From: Bryobacterales bacterium
GTDB taxonomy: Bacteria > Acidobacteriota > Terriglobia > Bryobacterales > UBA6623
NCBI GenBank assembly: GCA_963422375.2
Contig: OY729428.2
Coordinates: 704,001 to 768,000 of the forward strand
Direction of reading: 5' to 3'
DNA: 64,000 bases
Position numbers and translations under genes: made by a program. This document shows, in pieces, positions 54,661 through 64,000 of this stretch (positions are counted from its first letter, which is position 1; each line of letters begins with the position of its first letter). The notes below the pieces were generated by a model. That model was given only the letters and a program-made list of their open reading frames with translations. It was not told the origin of the DNA and searched no databases.

Positions 54661-56462
54661 GCCGGATAATTCATGAGTAGCCCGGGGGGCCATAGTCCGG
54701 TCCCTCCGCCCAGGCCGTAAGGGCCTCCGGTCTAGCGCGATCCTCACTCCTACGAGTGCCTTGCGATCCCCGGCGGCAACCCCGGCCGGGTCCGGGTGAG
54801 ATCCAAGTTCATAAACTGCAACTCTTTTTAGCCGGTAGGTGATATTGAATCCATGGTCGCAGCCGCAGGCTCCGAAGGCGTTCCGTTCCGCAATCCGCCC
54901 CGTCGCCGTCCGCTTCGATCACCAGCGCAGCAGCTCCGACGGCGGCGCTGTCCCGGTCGTGATCGCCGTCCGCGCTCTCGGACTCACCGCGGCTTTCGCC
55001 GACTGCCTGCGCGACGGGCGCCAGCCCTCCAAGGTGCTCCACTCCCTGGCCCACAGGCTCCGCCAGCGCATCTACGGCCTCGCCTGCGGCTACGAGGACT
55101 GCAACGACGCCGGGCGCCTCGGCGGCGACCCCATGTTCGAGCTGCCGCTCGGACGCGAGCCCTTGCAGGGTCGCGACCTGCCGTCCCGGCCCACCTTGTC
55201 GCGCTTCGAGAACGCCGTCATCGCGGACGCGCTAAGCGCGATGTCCGCGGTACTGGCCGGCTGCGTCGTCCGCCGCCAGCACGAGCGGCGCCCCGAGACG
55301 AGCATCGTCGAGCTGCACTTCGACCCGGCGCAGGTGGACCGGCAGCTGGCACTGTTCAATGGCTCCTGCGACACGCATGGCTACTTGCCGCTGGTGGGCG
55401 TGGTGCACTTCGACGACGAGCGCGAGCGGCATCTCGTGGCGGCGCTGCTGCGCTCGGGCACGGCCGCGGCCGCGGAGGGCTTGCTGCCGCTGCTGCGGGA
55501 ATTCTTCCCGCGGGCGACGCTGCGCCTGCGCCTGGACGCGGGCCTCCAAGGGGACGAGCTGCTGGCCTATTGCGAGCGCGAGGGCCTGGAGTACGTGGTG
55601 TGCATGCAGAGGAACGCGGTGCCGGAGCGGCGCGCGGCCCCGTTGCGGGCGGCCGTCGAGGCCCGGCGCGCGCTCGGCGGCACCCCGGGCACGGACCCCG
55701 GCGGGGAAGCGGCGGCCGCGGGCAGCGGCCCGCTGCACGGGCAGTTCGTCTACCGGGCGGGCCGCTGGTCGCGGGCGCGGCGCGTGATCGTCAAGGCGGA
55801 CGTGAGGGAGTTTCCGGGGCGCGCCCCGCAGTGGAACCCGCGCTACGTGGTGACCAACGCGGGCGGCAGCCCGCAGCTCCTCTACGAGCGGATCCACTGC
55901 CTGCGGGGGGACGTGGAGAACCGCGTCAAGGAGCTCGAGCACGGGATGCGGATGGACCGCGCCAGCTGCTCGAGCTTCGCGGCGAACCAGTTCCGCGTGC
56001 TGCTCGCGGCGGCGGCCTACGTGATCATGCAGGAACTGCGCTGGCAGGCACGGGACACGCCGCTGCGGAAGCGCCGGGTGGACGGGTTGCGCCTCGGCCT
56101 GCTGAAGCTGGGCGCGCGGGTCGCGGCCACGGCGAAGCGGATCGTGCTGCACGTGCCGCGGATGGCACCGTTCCGGGACGCCTGGGTGGTGGTGGCGCGG
56201 GGCTTGGGGGCCGTGCCGAGATGACGCCGGGCCGGGTCAATCCGGAGAGTGTCGGCAGGCGCCGGGCGTCGCCGGGGGAAACCGTGCCTGCCCTCCGGGC
56301 GGGTGCTGCCGAGGAGGTGTCCGCGGCTCGCCCGCCGCTCGCGAGACGCCCCGCAAGCCCCGCATTCCCCGCCCGCAGGCGATTCGGAAGCAGATTTGGC
56401 GGCCATCGAGGGCCCAGAAACTGGACCCCCTGAGCCTGCGCCGCATTCATGAATAATGCGGG
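54661..56462 (+). mobile_element. IS1380 family element (transposase ORF 54839-56224)
   Basis: TIRs GCCGGATAATTCATGA and TCATGAATAATGCGGG, each flanked by CTAG; SSDGG, GYEDCND, PTLSRFEN, RGDVENRVKE, FAANQFR. Confidence 0.87.
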
Positions 56463-56710
56463 CTAGCGCCCACTCACCCTACACACAACTCACTTGGCGT
56501 AGACCCGCGAACGAGAAGGAATCAACACTGGCCCAGCTGGTCCGACCGATTTCCGGTTCGGGCAGGCGTTTCGACTCTTCGCGGGCATCCGGCGGGCAGC
56601 CTTGCCCCGACCGCCTCCGGGCACGTATTCTTGCGGAGGCGCTTAGTGGCATCGGCTGGCACGGCGGTCTGAGACGGCTTCGCGGTCGCTCCCAACCCGC
56701 GCCAAGCACA

Positions 56711-58009
56711 ATGCACACGCGACGCTCCTTCCTGTATGCCGCGACTGGGGCCGGCCTCGCCGCCGGGTTCCGTCTCGAGCCCTTGCGAGCGGCGGCGGCG
56801 AAGATCGGCGTGCCGCTGCGCATCACGGACGTCGAGGCGCTCGTTCTTCGCGACCCACCCGAACACAAGCCCGAGAACCACTTCGTGTCGATGACGCCCG
56901 TCGGCGCGACGACCGGAGGCGTCGGCCTGTGGGACCGGCTCGAGCGCGCTGAGACGGTGCGTCAGGGAGGATTCCGCCAGACGCTCCTGGTCAGGCTTTC
57001 GACCGACCAAGGCGTAGTCGGATGGGGCGAATCGCACGCTGTGATGACGCCTCGCGTCGTCAAGACCGTCCTGACCGACCTGTTCCGTCCGATCCTTCTC
57101 GGCCGGGACGCCCGCCAGATCGAGGCGATCTGGGAGAAGATGTACTCGACTCAGCGCCTTCGGGGATACGGCACCGGGTACTTCACCCGCGCCATGGCCG
57201 GCGTCGATATCGCGCTCTGGGACATTGTCGGCCGCGCAGCAGGCATGCCGGTGTACCAGCTGCTGGGCGGAAAGTTCCGCGACAGCATCCCGACCTACCA
57301 AGGCGTGGGGGGTGGCACGCCCGAGGAAGTCCGCGAGAACGCCGCCGCCCTGCTGGAACGGGGCTTCCCGAACCAGAAGATGAGCCTGGCAAAGGGCCGG
57401 GGCGTGCAGGCGAGGGACGTCAACCGAGTCTTCGCCGCGGCCGAAGAGCTGGCGGGCAAGGGGCAGATCCTCGTGGACTCGCTGGCGGGCTACACGCTCG
57501 CCGAAGCAACCCGCGTCGGCCGAAAGCTGGACGGAATCGAGAACCTCGGCTGGTGGGAGGACGTGCTTATGCCCGAGGACTATGGCGGCTACGCCGTCCT
57601 GGCCGACCGGCTCGACGTGCCGATCTGCGCCGGCGAGCAGTACTCTAATCGCTTCCAGTTCCGGGACCTGTTCGAGAAGCGGGCCTGCGACATCATCAAC
57701 CCGGACACCTCGCGAGTGGGCATCACGGAGACGAAGCGGATCGCGATCATGGCGGACGCCTACAACATCCTGCTGGCCCCCCATTCGTCCATGGGATCCG
57801 CACCGTACCGGGCGTCGGCCATCCACCTCTGCGCCGCCACGCCCAACGCCGTGATTCTCGAAGGAGGCGAGTCGCACCTCAGGGCCTTCGGCAACGCGAT
57901 CCTCAAGGTGCCGCTACCGTACAAGCCGGGCCGGGTCGAGGTGCCGGACGGCCCCGGCCTCGGTTTCGAGTTCGACGAGAAGGAACTAGCCAAGCTGGTC
58001 GTGGGCTGA
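56711..58009 (+). CDS. Mandelate racemase/muconate lactonizing enzyme family protein with Tat signal
   Basis: MHTRRSFL signal; GWGES, GVDIALWDI.G, PVYQLLGG, WWED, AGEQ, IINPD, APH, VPDGPGLG. Confidence 0.88.
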   Translation: MHTRRSFLYAATGAGLAAGFRLEPLRAAAAKIGVPLRITDVEALVLRDPPEHKPENHFVSMTPVGATTGGVGLWDRLERAETVRQGGFRQTLLVRLSTDQGVVGWGESHAVMTPRVVKTVLTDLFRPILLGRDARQIEAIWEKMYSTQRLRGYGTGYFTRAMAGVDIALWDIVGRAAGMPVYQLLGGKFRDSIPTYQGVGGGTPEEVRENAAALLERGFPNQKMSLAKGRGVQARDVNRVFAAAEELAGKGQILVDSLAGYTLAEATRVGRKLDGIENLGWWEDVLMPEDYGGYAVLADRLDVPICAGEQYSNRFQFRDLFEKRACDIINPDTSRVGITETKRIAIMADAYNILLAPHSSMGSAPYRASAIHLCAATPNAVILEGGESHLRAFGNAILKVPLPYKPGRVEVPDGPGLGFEFDEKELAKLVVG

Positions 58010-58055
58010 GTTTGGGCGAGGCCCCGGCCGAGCTGGAAGCATGTAGAATCGGACC

Positions 58056-58901
58056 GTGATGGTAGCCGGGATCGCTATCCGGGCGAAGCTCTCGATATAC
58101 TCGGCCAGCGTTGGGGCGGCCGCTCTGACGCTCGCGGTAACCCTGGCTGGTCCCGGGGCGGCGTTCGGCCAGGAAGATTCCATTCCGCGGCTATGGGACG
58201 GTCGGCCTGACCTGAACGGAGTCTGGCAGGCGATCGGCACGGCTCACTGGAACCTCGAGGATCATCCCGCCGGACCGGGCCATCCAGAACTCGGGGCCAT
58301 CGGCGCGATCCCGCCGGGCCAGGGCGTGGTGGTCGGCGGGGAAATCCCGTACCTCGCGGAGGCCCGGGAGCAGCGGGCCAGGAACTTCGCCAGCCGCCGG
58401 ACGGAGGATCCCGAGGCGAAGTGCTTCCTCCCGGGCGTGCCGCGGGCGACCTACCTTCCCTATCCGTTCCGGATCATTCAGGGGGACCGGAAGATCATGC
58501 TGGTCTACGGTTTCGCCGAGGCGAACCGCACCGTTCACATGAACAAGGAGAGCCCCGAACCGCCCCCGCTCGACAGCTGGATGGGCCGCTCCCACGGGCG
58601 CTGGGGGGGCGACACGCTGGTGGTCGACGCCCAAGGCTTCAACGGGGAGGCGTGGTTCGACCGGGCCGGCAACTTCGCTAGCTCCGCGCTGCGAGTCGAG
58701 GAGCGGTACACCCCGCAGGGCCCGAACGCGATACGGTACGAAGCGACGATCAGGGATCCGACGGTGTTCTCGCGGCCGTGGAAGATCCGGTTCCCGCTCT
58801 ACCGGCGGCTCGACGAGGGCGCGAGGGTGCTGGAATTCAAGTGCGTCGAGTTCGCCGAGGAACTCATGTACGGGCACCTGCGCAGGAAGCAGCAGCGATG
58901 A
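58056..58901 (+). CDS. Secreted conserved hypothetical protein (PDLxGxW...C...ExxCxE family), paralogue 1
   Basis: Signal peptide; PRLWDGRPDLNGVW, DPEAKCFLPGVPR, WMGRSHGRWGGDTLVV, EFKCVE. Confidence 0.75.
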   Translation: MMVAGIAIRAKLSIYSASVGAAALTLAVTLAGPGAAFGQEDSIPRLWDGRPDLNGVWQAIGTAHWNLEDHPAGPGHPELGAIGAIPPGQGVVVGGEIPYLAEAREQRARNFASRRTEDPEAKCFLPGVPRATYLPYPFRIIQGDRKIMLVYGFAEANRTVHMNKESPEPPPLDSWMGRSHGRWGGDTLVVDAQGFNGEAWFDRAGNFASSALRVEERYTPQGPNAIRYEATIRDPTVFSRPWKIRFPLYRRLDEGARVLEFKCVEFAEELMYGHLRRKQQR

Positions 58902-58926
58902 CCGGACAGCGGCAGGAGCAACGGGC

Positions 58927-60672
58927 ATGAGACGGTGCCGACAGATCGCAATGATCTCTTCCCTCTGGGCGGCAGCGCTCGGCTCCGGCATCTGCATCGC
59001 AGCCGAGATTCATCACCTCGAGATCATCGCCGCCAGCCCGACCGAGGCCGTGCGCTGGTATGCCAGGCACATGGACTGCGATCCCTTGGATGGCAGGAGC
59101 GACTCGGTCGGCTGCGGCGGGGTCGAGCTCATATTCGCGGCCCGGCCGACAATGGGCAGCACCCAGGGCACGGGGGTGAACCACGTGGCCTTCTCGTATG
59201 CGGACGTCAACAGCAAGATGGCCGAGTTGGAAGCGGTCGGCGTCCGCGGGTCGGGCGTCCGCTTGCAGCGCTTCGAGGACGGCTCGACCCTCCGCGACCT
59301 GCCCGGGCTGTTCCGGCACGGGTTCGTGTTCGACCCGTGGGGCACGCGCATCGAGCTGCTGCAAGATCCGGACCGCCTCGGCTTCCACCACGTTCACCTG
59401 AGCGCGTCAGACCCGGCCGCTACGCTGGCTTGGTATCGCAACGGCTTCGGCGGCAAGCCGGCCAAGCTCAGGCAACGCGAGGACGCCCTGCTGTTCGGGC
59501 AGGTGTGGCTGCTCGCAAGCTCTCACCGGGACGGGGCGCCGGCACCGACGGAAGGCCGGGCCATCGCCCGGATAGCCTTCAGCGTCCCCGGACTAGACAG
59601 GGCCGCGACGCGCATGCGTCGCGACGGCGTGGAGTTCGCCAGCGAGCCGGCCGTGCCGCCGAACGGTCGCTCAAGTGCCAAGCTCGCTCTCCTGGCCGGG
59701 CCGGACAGGGTGACGGTGGCGGCCGTCGAGCCCGGCTTCGCCGGCATTCGCTCCGAGCACGGGTCCGCGGCAGCGAGCCAAGAGCACGAGCCCTACGTCG
59801 CACCCCGGACTCCTTGGGGAGAGCCCGACCTCCAAGGCGTATGGACCGGAAACGCCGCCCACGGGATTCCGCTAGAGCGGCCTTCCGGCTTGGACGGCGT
59901 GGACGCCCTGTCGGCGGAGCAGGCCGCGGCCCGGCGCGAGCGCGGCACTCTGGGCAGCATCTGGGGATACGAGCGCGAATGGCGCGACACGACGCTCGGC
60001 TACGACAAGATGACGCCCTCCACGCAGGTCGCGATGATCGTGGACCCGCCGGACGGGCGGCTCCCCGCTCTTACGCCCGAGGGCCAGCGACGGGCGGAAG
60101 AGCTGCGACGGGCCCAGCGGCGCAGGTCTACGGAGCCTCCGGGCGGCCCCGAAGATCTCACCCCCTACGTCCGGTGCATCACCCGCGGGCTGCCCGGCAT
60201 GATGATGCCCGGAATCTACAACAACGGGCTGCAGATCGTCCAAGGGCCGGGTTACGTGGCGATCCAGAGGGAGATGATCCACGAGACCAGGGCCATCCCG
60301 ACGAAACCTCGCGCGCCGCTCGGCCCCGGTCTGACCTCGTGGCTGGGCGACTCGCAGGGCCGATGGGAAGGTGAAACACTGGTCGTCGAGACGCGGGGCT
60401 TCAACGGCAAGGCCTCGTTCCGAGGCGCGTCGTCGGCGACGCGGCTCACGGAGCGCTTCACGCGGACCGGGCCGGCCAAGCTCCTGTACCGGTTCACCGT
60501 CGACGACCCGACGGTCTGGGAGCAGTCCTGGACGGCCCTGTTCGCCTTCGATCTCGACGATGATCAGTACGAGCTGGTCGAGTACGCCTGCCACGAGGGG
60601 AACTACGGCATGTTCAACATCCTGAGCGGCGCACGCGCCAAGGACAGGGAGGCGGCCGCAGCCGCCCGGTAA
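58927..60672 (+). CDS. VOC/glyoxalase domains fused to the same conserved domain, paralogue 2
   Basis: IHHLEI, NHVAF, DPWGTRIEL, FHHVHL; then PRTPWGEPDLQGVW, YVRCITRGLP, WLGDSQGRWEGETLVV, EYACHEGN. Confidence 0.78.
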   Translation: MRRCRQIAMISSLWAAALGSGICIAAEIHHLEIIAASPTEAVRWYARHMDCDPLDGRSDSVGCGGVELIFAARPTMGSTQGTGVNHVAFSYADVNSKMAELEAVGVRGSGVRLQRFEDGSTLRDLPGLFRHGFVFDPWGTRIELLQDPDRLGFHHVHLSASDPAATLAWYRNGFGGKPAKLRQREDALLFGQVWLLASSHRDGAPAPTEGRAIARIAFSVPGLDRAATRMRRDGVEFASEPAVPPNGRSSAKLALLAGPDRVTVAAVEPGFAGIRSEHGSAAASQEHEPYVAPRTPWGEPDLQGVWTGNAAHGIPLERPSGLDGVDALSAEQAAARRERGTLGSIWGYEREWRDTTLGYDKMTPSTQVAMIVDPPDGRLPALTPEGQRRAEELRRAQRRRSTEPPGGPEDLTPYVRCITRGLPGMMMPGIYNNGLQIVQGPGYVAIQREMIHETRAIPTKPRAPLGPGLTSWLGDSQGRWEGETLVVETRGFNGKASFRGASSATRLTERFTRTGPAKLLYRFTVDDPTVWEQSWTALFAFDLDDDQYELVEYACHEGNYGMFNILSGARAKDREAAAAAR

Positions 60673-60685
60673 GCGAGGGGGTCTC

Positions 60686-61105
60686 ATGGCGAAGCCAGCG
60701 GTGATCGCCTACATCGCAATCGGTCTGGCCCTGTCCGCGGTCCCGCCGCCGCTCGCGGCGCACCACGCCTTCTCCTCGGAGTTCGACGCCGCCAAGCCGG
60801 TGCGGCTGCGCGGCAAGATCACCAAGATGGAATGGATCAACCCCCACGCTTGGATGCATGTCGAAGTCAGGGCCGAGGACGGCACGACGGAGAATTGGAT
60901 GATCGAGGCCGGGCCTCCGGGCGCGCTGGTGCGACGGGGCTGGCGCAAGGACTCCGTCAAGCCGGGCATCGAGGTGCTGGTCGAGGGCTACCGGGCGATC
61001 GACGGGAGCAACAAGGCCAACGGCCGCGACGTCACGCTGCCGGACGGCACGAGGCTCTTCGCGGGCTCGTCGGGCACCGGCGCCCCCTACGACGCGCCGC
61101 GCTGA
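60686..61105 (+). CDS. DUF6152-like secreted protein
   Basis: Signal peptide then AHHAFSSEFD..KPVRLRG.ITKMEWINPH...W.IEAG.P.AL.R.GW. Confidence 0.78.
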   Translation: MAKPAVIAYIAIGLALSAVPPPLAAHHAFSSEFDAAKPVRLRGKITKMEWINPHAWMHVEVRAEDGTTENWMIEAGPPGALVRRGWRKDSVKPGIEVLVEGYRAIDGSNKANGRDVTLPDGTRLFAGSSGTGAPYDAPR

Positions 61106-61157
61106 ACCGCTCCCGGGCGCGCGGCCCGCGCCGCGCCATGCACCTATAATCTGTAGC

Positions 61158-63035
61158 GTGCCGCCTGTCGAATGCCGTCGCTCGTTCCTTACGCGCGCCG
61201 CCTTGGCGGGCACGGCCGCCGTGCTGGCCTCCCGCAGGGCTGCCGGGGCGCGCGGCGCCGGCAGCGACTGGCGCTTCTACGCCGGCACGCCCGAGGGGAC
61301 GCGCTACTCCTCGCTGGACCAGATCGACGTCTCCAACGTCGGCGAGCTGCGCGTCGCTTGGACCCACGCGACGGGCGACAGCCTGAAGCGACCGGCCACG
61401 ACCATCGAATGCACGCCCCTCGTGGTCGACGGACGCATGTACATCACGACCGCCCAGTTGCAGGTGAGGTGCCTGAACGCTGCCACGGGGAAGGCCATCT
61501 GGAATTTCGATCCGTTCGCGGGAAGGGTCATGCGGCGGTCGAAGGGCGTCAACCGGGGCGTGACGTACTGGTCCGACGGGCAGCGCCGTCGGCTTTTCGT
61601 CAGCGCCGAATCGAGGATGCACTGCCTCGACGCCGACTCAGGCGAGCTCGTGCGCGAATTCGCCGACGGCGGCGTGCTCGACATGAGAGCGGGTCTCGAC
61701 CGAGACGTGGGCGGCGCGACCCTCACGCATCCCACGCCGCCGGCGGTCTTCGAGGATCTGCTGATCCTCGGCAGCGCGGCCGGGGAGGGGCCGGGCCCCG
61801 CCTCGCCGGGCCATTTCCGGGGGTTCGACGCCAGAACGGGCAAGCGGCGCTGGATCTTCCACACCATCCCTCATCCGGGCGAGTTCGGCTACGAGACCTG
61901 GGGCAAGGACAGCTGGAAGACCAGCGGCGGCTGCAACAACTGGGCGGGCATGAGCGTGGACGAGGAACGCGGCATGGCCTTCGCCTCGACCGGCTCGCCC
62001 ACCTTCGACTTCTACGGCGCCGACCGCCCCGGCAAGAACCTCTTCGGCAACAGCGTGATCGCGCTGGACGCGCGGACGGGCGAGCGGAAGTGGCACTTCC
62101 AGACCACGCACCACGACCTCTGGGACTACGACCTGCCGTCCATGCCGTCGCTGGTGCGAGCCAAGAAGGGCGGCCAGTGGACGGACGCAGTGGCCCAGAT
62201 CTCCAAGACGGGATTCGTGTTCCTCTTCGACCGGGCCACGGGCGAGCCGATCTACGAGATCGAGGAGCGGCCCGTGCCGGCATCGGACGTGGAGGGAGAG
62301 GTGATCTGGCCCACCCAGCCGTTTCCGACGGCTCCCGAGGCCTTCTCGCGCCAAGGATTCACCGAGGCGGATGTCACCGATATCTCCGAGGAGTCCAGGG
62401 AGCACGTGCTGCGACGGCTGAAGGACATGCGCAGCGGGAGCCTTTACACCCCTCCGAGCAAGCGGGGCACCGTGTACTCGCCCGGCACGCTCGGCGGCGG
62501 CCTCTGGGGCGGGACCAGCTTCGACCCGGAAGCGGGCTGCCTCTTCATCAACGCGAATAACACGCCGAAATACTTCACCTTGCTGGACGCCTCGGAAGCG
62601 GAGCCCTACCCCTACCGCATCGCGGGCTACCCGTACTTCAACGACCAAGACGGATACCCGGCCGGCAAGCCGCCGTGGGGGGAGCTGCTGTGCCTCGACC
62701 TAGCGACCGCCAAGTACCGCTGGCGGAAGCCCCTCGGGGAGCACGAGAGCCTGAAGGCACGGGGCGTGCCGCAGACTGGCACCTTCACTGTCGGCGGTTC
62801 GATCGTCACGAAGGGCGGGCTGCTGTTCATCGGAGCGACGCGCGACGAGAAGTTCCGGGCATTCGACACCAGGACCGGGGCTCTGCTCTGGGAAACCAAG
62901 CTGCCGGCCGGCGGCTACGCGACGCCCAGCACCTACGCGGTCGACGGCAGGCAGTACGTGGTGATTGCCGCCGGCGGCGCGGGCAAGGGCAGGACGACCT
63001 CGGGCGACCATTTTGTGGCGTTCGCTCTCGAATAG
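61158..63035 (+). CDS. PQQ-dependent glucose/quinate dehydrogenase family, Tat signal
   Basis: CRRSFL; RYSSLDQI..SNV, ECTPLVV, NRGVTYW, WHFQTTHHDLWDYD, KPPWG, GYATPSTY..DGRQYVVIAAGG. Confidence 0.92.
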   Translation: MPPVECRRSFLTRAALAGTAAVLASRRAAGARGAGSDWRFYAGTPEGTRYSSLDQIDVSNVGELRVAWTHATGDSLKRPATTIECTPLVVDGRMYITTAQLQVRCLNAATGKAIWNFDPFAGRVMRRSKGVNRGVTYWSDGQRRRLFVSAESRMHCLDADSGELVREFADGGVLDMRAGLDRDVGGATLTHPTPPAVFEDLLILGSAAGEGPGPASPGHFRGFDARTGKRRWIFHTIPHPGEFGYETWGKDSWKTSGGCNNWAGMSVDEERGMAFASTGSPTFDFYGADRPGKNLFGNSVIALDARTGERKWHFQTTHHDLWDYDLPSMPSLVRAKKGGQWTDAVAQISKTGFVFLFDRATGEPIYEIEERPVPASDVEGEVIWPTQPFPTAPEAFSRQGFTEADVTDISEESREHVLRRLKDMRSGSLYTPPSKRGTVYSPGTLGGGLWGGTSFDPEAGCLFINANNTPKYFTLLDASEAEPYPYRIAGYPYFNDQDGYPAGKPPWGELLCLDLATAKYRWRKPLGEHESLKARGVPQTGTFTVGGSIVTKGGLLFIGATRDEKFRAFDTRTGALLWETKLPAGGYATPSTYAVDGRQYVVIAAGGAGKGRTTSGDHFVAFALE

Positions 63036-63064
63036 GACGCAGGCCCAAGGAAGGAGCGAGAAGA

Positions 63065-64000
63065 ATGCCACATCGATTCCTGGCGCCGATCGCGCTCGCG
63101 GCATGCATGGCGCCCGTCGCGGCACCCGCGGAGGGCGACTGGACGCCGTCGCGCACGCCTTGGGGCGACCCCGACCTGCGGGGGGTCTGGACGAACGAGA
63201 CGATCACGCCGTTCGAGCGTCCCGTCGACCAGGCGAAGAAGGAGGTCCTCTCGCCCGAGGAAGCCGCGCGGATCGAGGAAGGCGTGGCGAGGCGCCGAGC
63301 AGCGTCCGACGGCACGTCTCCGCCGGGCAGCGTCGGCGGATACAACCAGTTCTGGCTCGATTCGGGCACGCAGTACCTCCCGAGCCGGCAGACTTCGCTG
63401 GTGGTGGATCCGCCGGACGGAAGAGTGCCCACGAGACCCTCGGCCGAGGCCAAGAGAGACTACAACCGCGCTCGGCAAGGCGAATCCTACGTGCATATGA
63501 GCGTCTGGGACCGCTGTATTTCGCGCGGCGTGCCGGGGTCGATCTTCCCGGCCGGATACAACAACGCCTACCGAATCCTGCAGACCCCCGAATACGTGGT
63601 GATCCTGTACGAGATGATCCACGACGCGAGGGTCATCCCGCTGGGCGGCAGCCCGCACGTCGACGACCGGATTCGGCTGTGGATGGGCGACTCGCGAGGC
63701 CGCTGGGACGGCGACACGCTCGTCGTGGAAGTGACGAACTTCACCGACAGGGGCTGGATCGCTTCGAACTCGGCGTCCCGCCGGATCAAGGGCATACCGC
63801 AGACCGAGGACCTGCGGGTGGTGGAGCGATTCACGCGCACGAGCGAGGACACGATCCACTACGAAGTCACCATCGAGGACCCGGAAATCTATACGAGGCC
63901 TTGGAAGATCGCGATGCCTCTTGCGCGCGACCCAGAGTACGTGCTCTACGAGTACGCCTGCCACGAGGGCAACATGGCGGTGGAACTTATTCTGGGAGGC
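63065..64000 (+). CDS. Secreted conserved hypothetical protein, paralogue 3 (runs off the window)
   Basis: Not in ORF track. MPHRFLAPIALAAC...RTPWGDPDLRGVW...WDRCISRGVP...WMGDSRGRWDGDTLVV...EYACHEGN. Confidence 0.8.
   Translation, partial: MPHRFLAPIALAACMAPVAAPAEGDWTPSRTPWGDPDLRGVWTNETITPFERPVDQAKKEVLSPEEAARIEEGVARRRAASDGTSPPGSVGGYNQFWLDSGTQYLPSRQTSLVVDPPDGRVPTRPSAEAKRDYNRARQGESYVHMSVWDRCISRGVPGSIFPAGYNNAYRILQTPEYVVILYEMIHDARVIPLGGSPHVDDRIRLWMGDSRGRWDGDTLVVEVTNFTDRGWIASNSASRRIKGIPQTEDLRVVERFTRTSEDTIHYEVTIEDPEIYTRPWKIAMPLARDPEYVLYEYACHEGNMAVELILGG

Overview
High-GC bacterial chromosomal window. Gene content (short PheT, bacilliredoxin, Tat-exported sulfatase/enolase/PQQ enzymes, DUF6152 cluster) suggests Acidobacteriota, possibly Bryobacterales; this is inference only. 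Housekeeping blocks are murQ, cysS, plsC-hpf-rapZ, rpmI-rplT-pheS-pheT, rpmH-rnpA-yidD-yidC-jag-mnmE and purS. They are interleaved with sugar catabolism genes (AKR/amidohydrolase, SDR, GH32 plus ABC transporter), periplasmic PQQ dehydrogenases and accessory patches: a Fic gene with an upstream repeat array, DUF29, an AAA-PD(D/E)XK gene, hicBA, and five IS elements with definable ends. Most notable, and not evident from the ORF track: (1) an OsmC-family gene with an in-frame UGA at the catalytic Cys position followed by a SECIS-like hairpin (probable selenoprotein); (2) a full-length GlmS paralogue with catalytic residues replaced in both domains (probable pseudoenzyme); (3) a cluster of three paralogous secreted two-Cys proteins plus DUF6152 and a PQQ dehydrogenase; (4) a palindromic repeat array upstream of the Fic gene; (5) transposases apparently decaying towards GC; (6) a hicA toxin split by an IS1595 with a perfect 8-bp target duplication. 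Several 1-2 nt frameshifts at simple repeats may be sequencing errors. All family assignments are by motif recognition; no searches were run.
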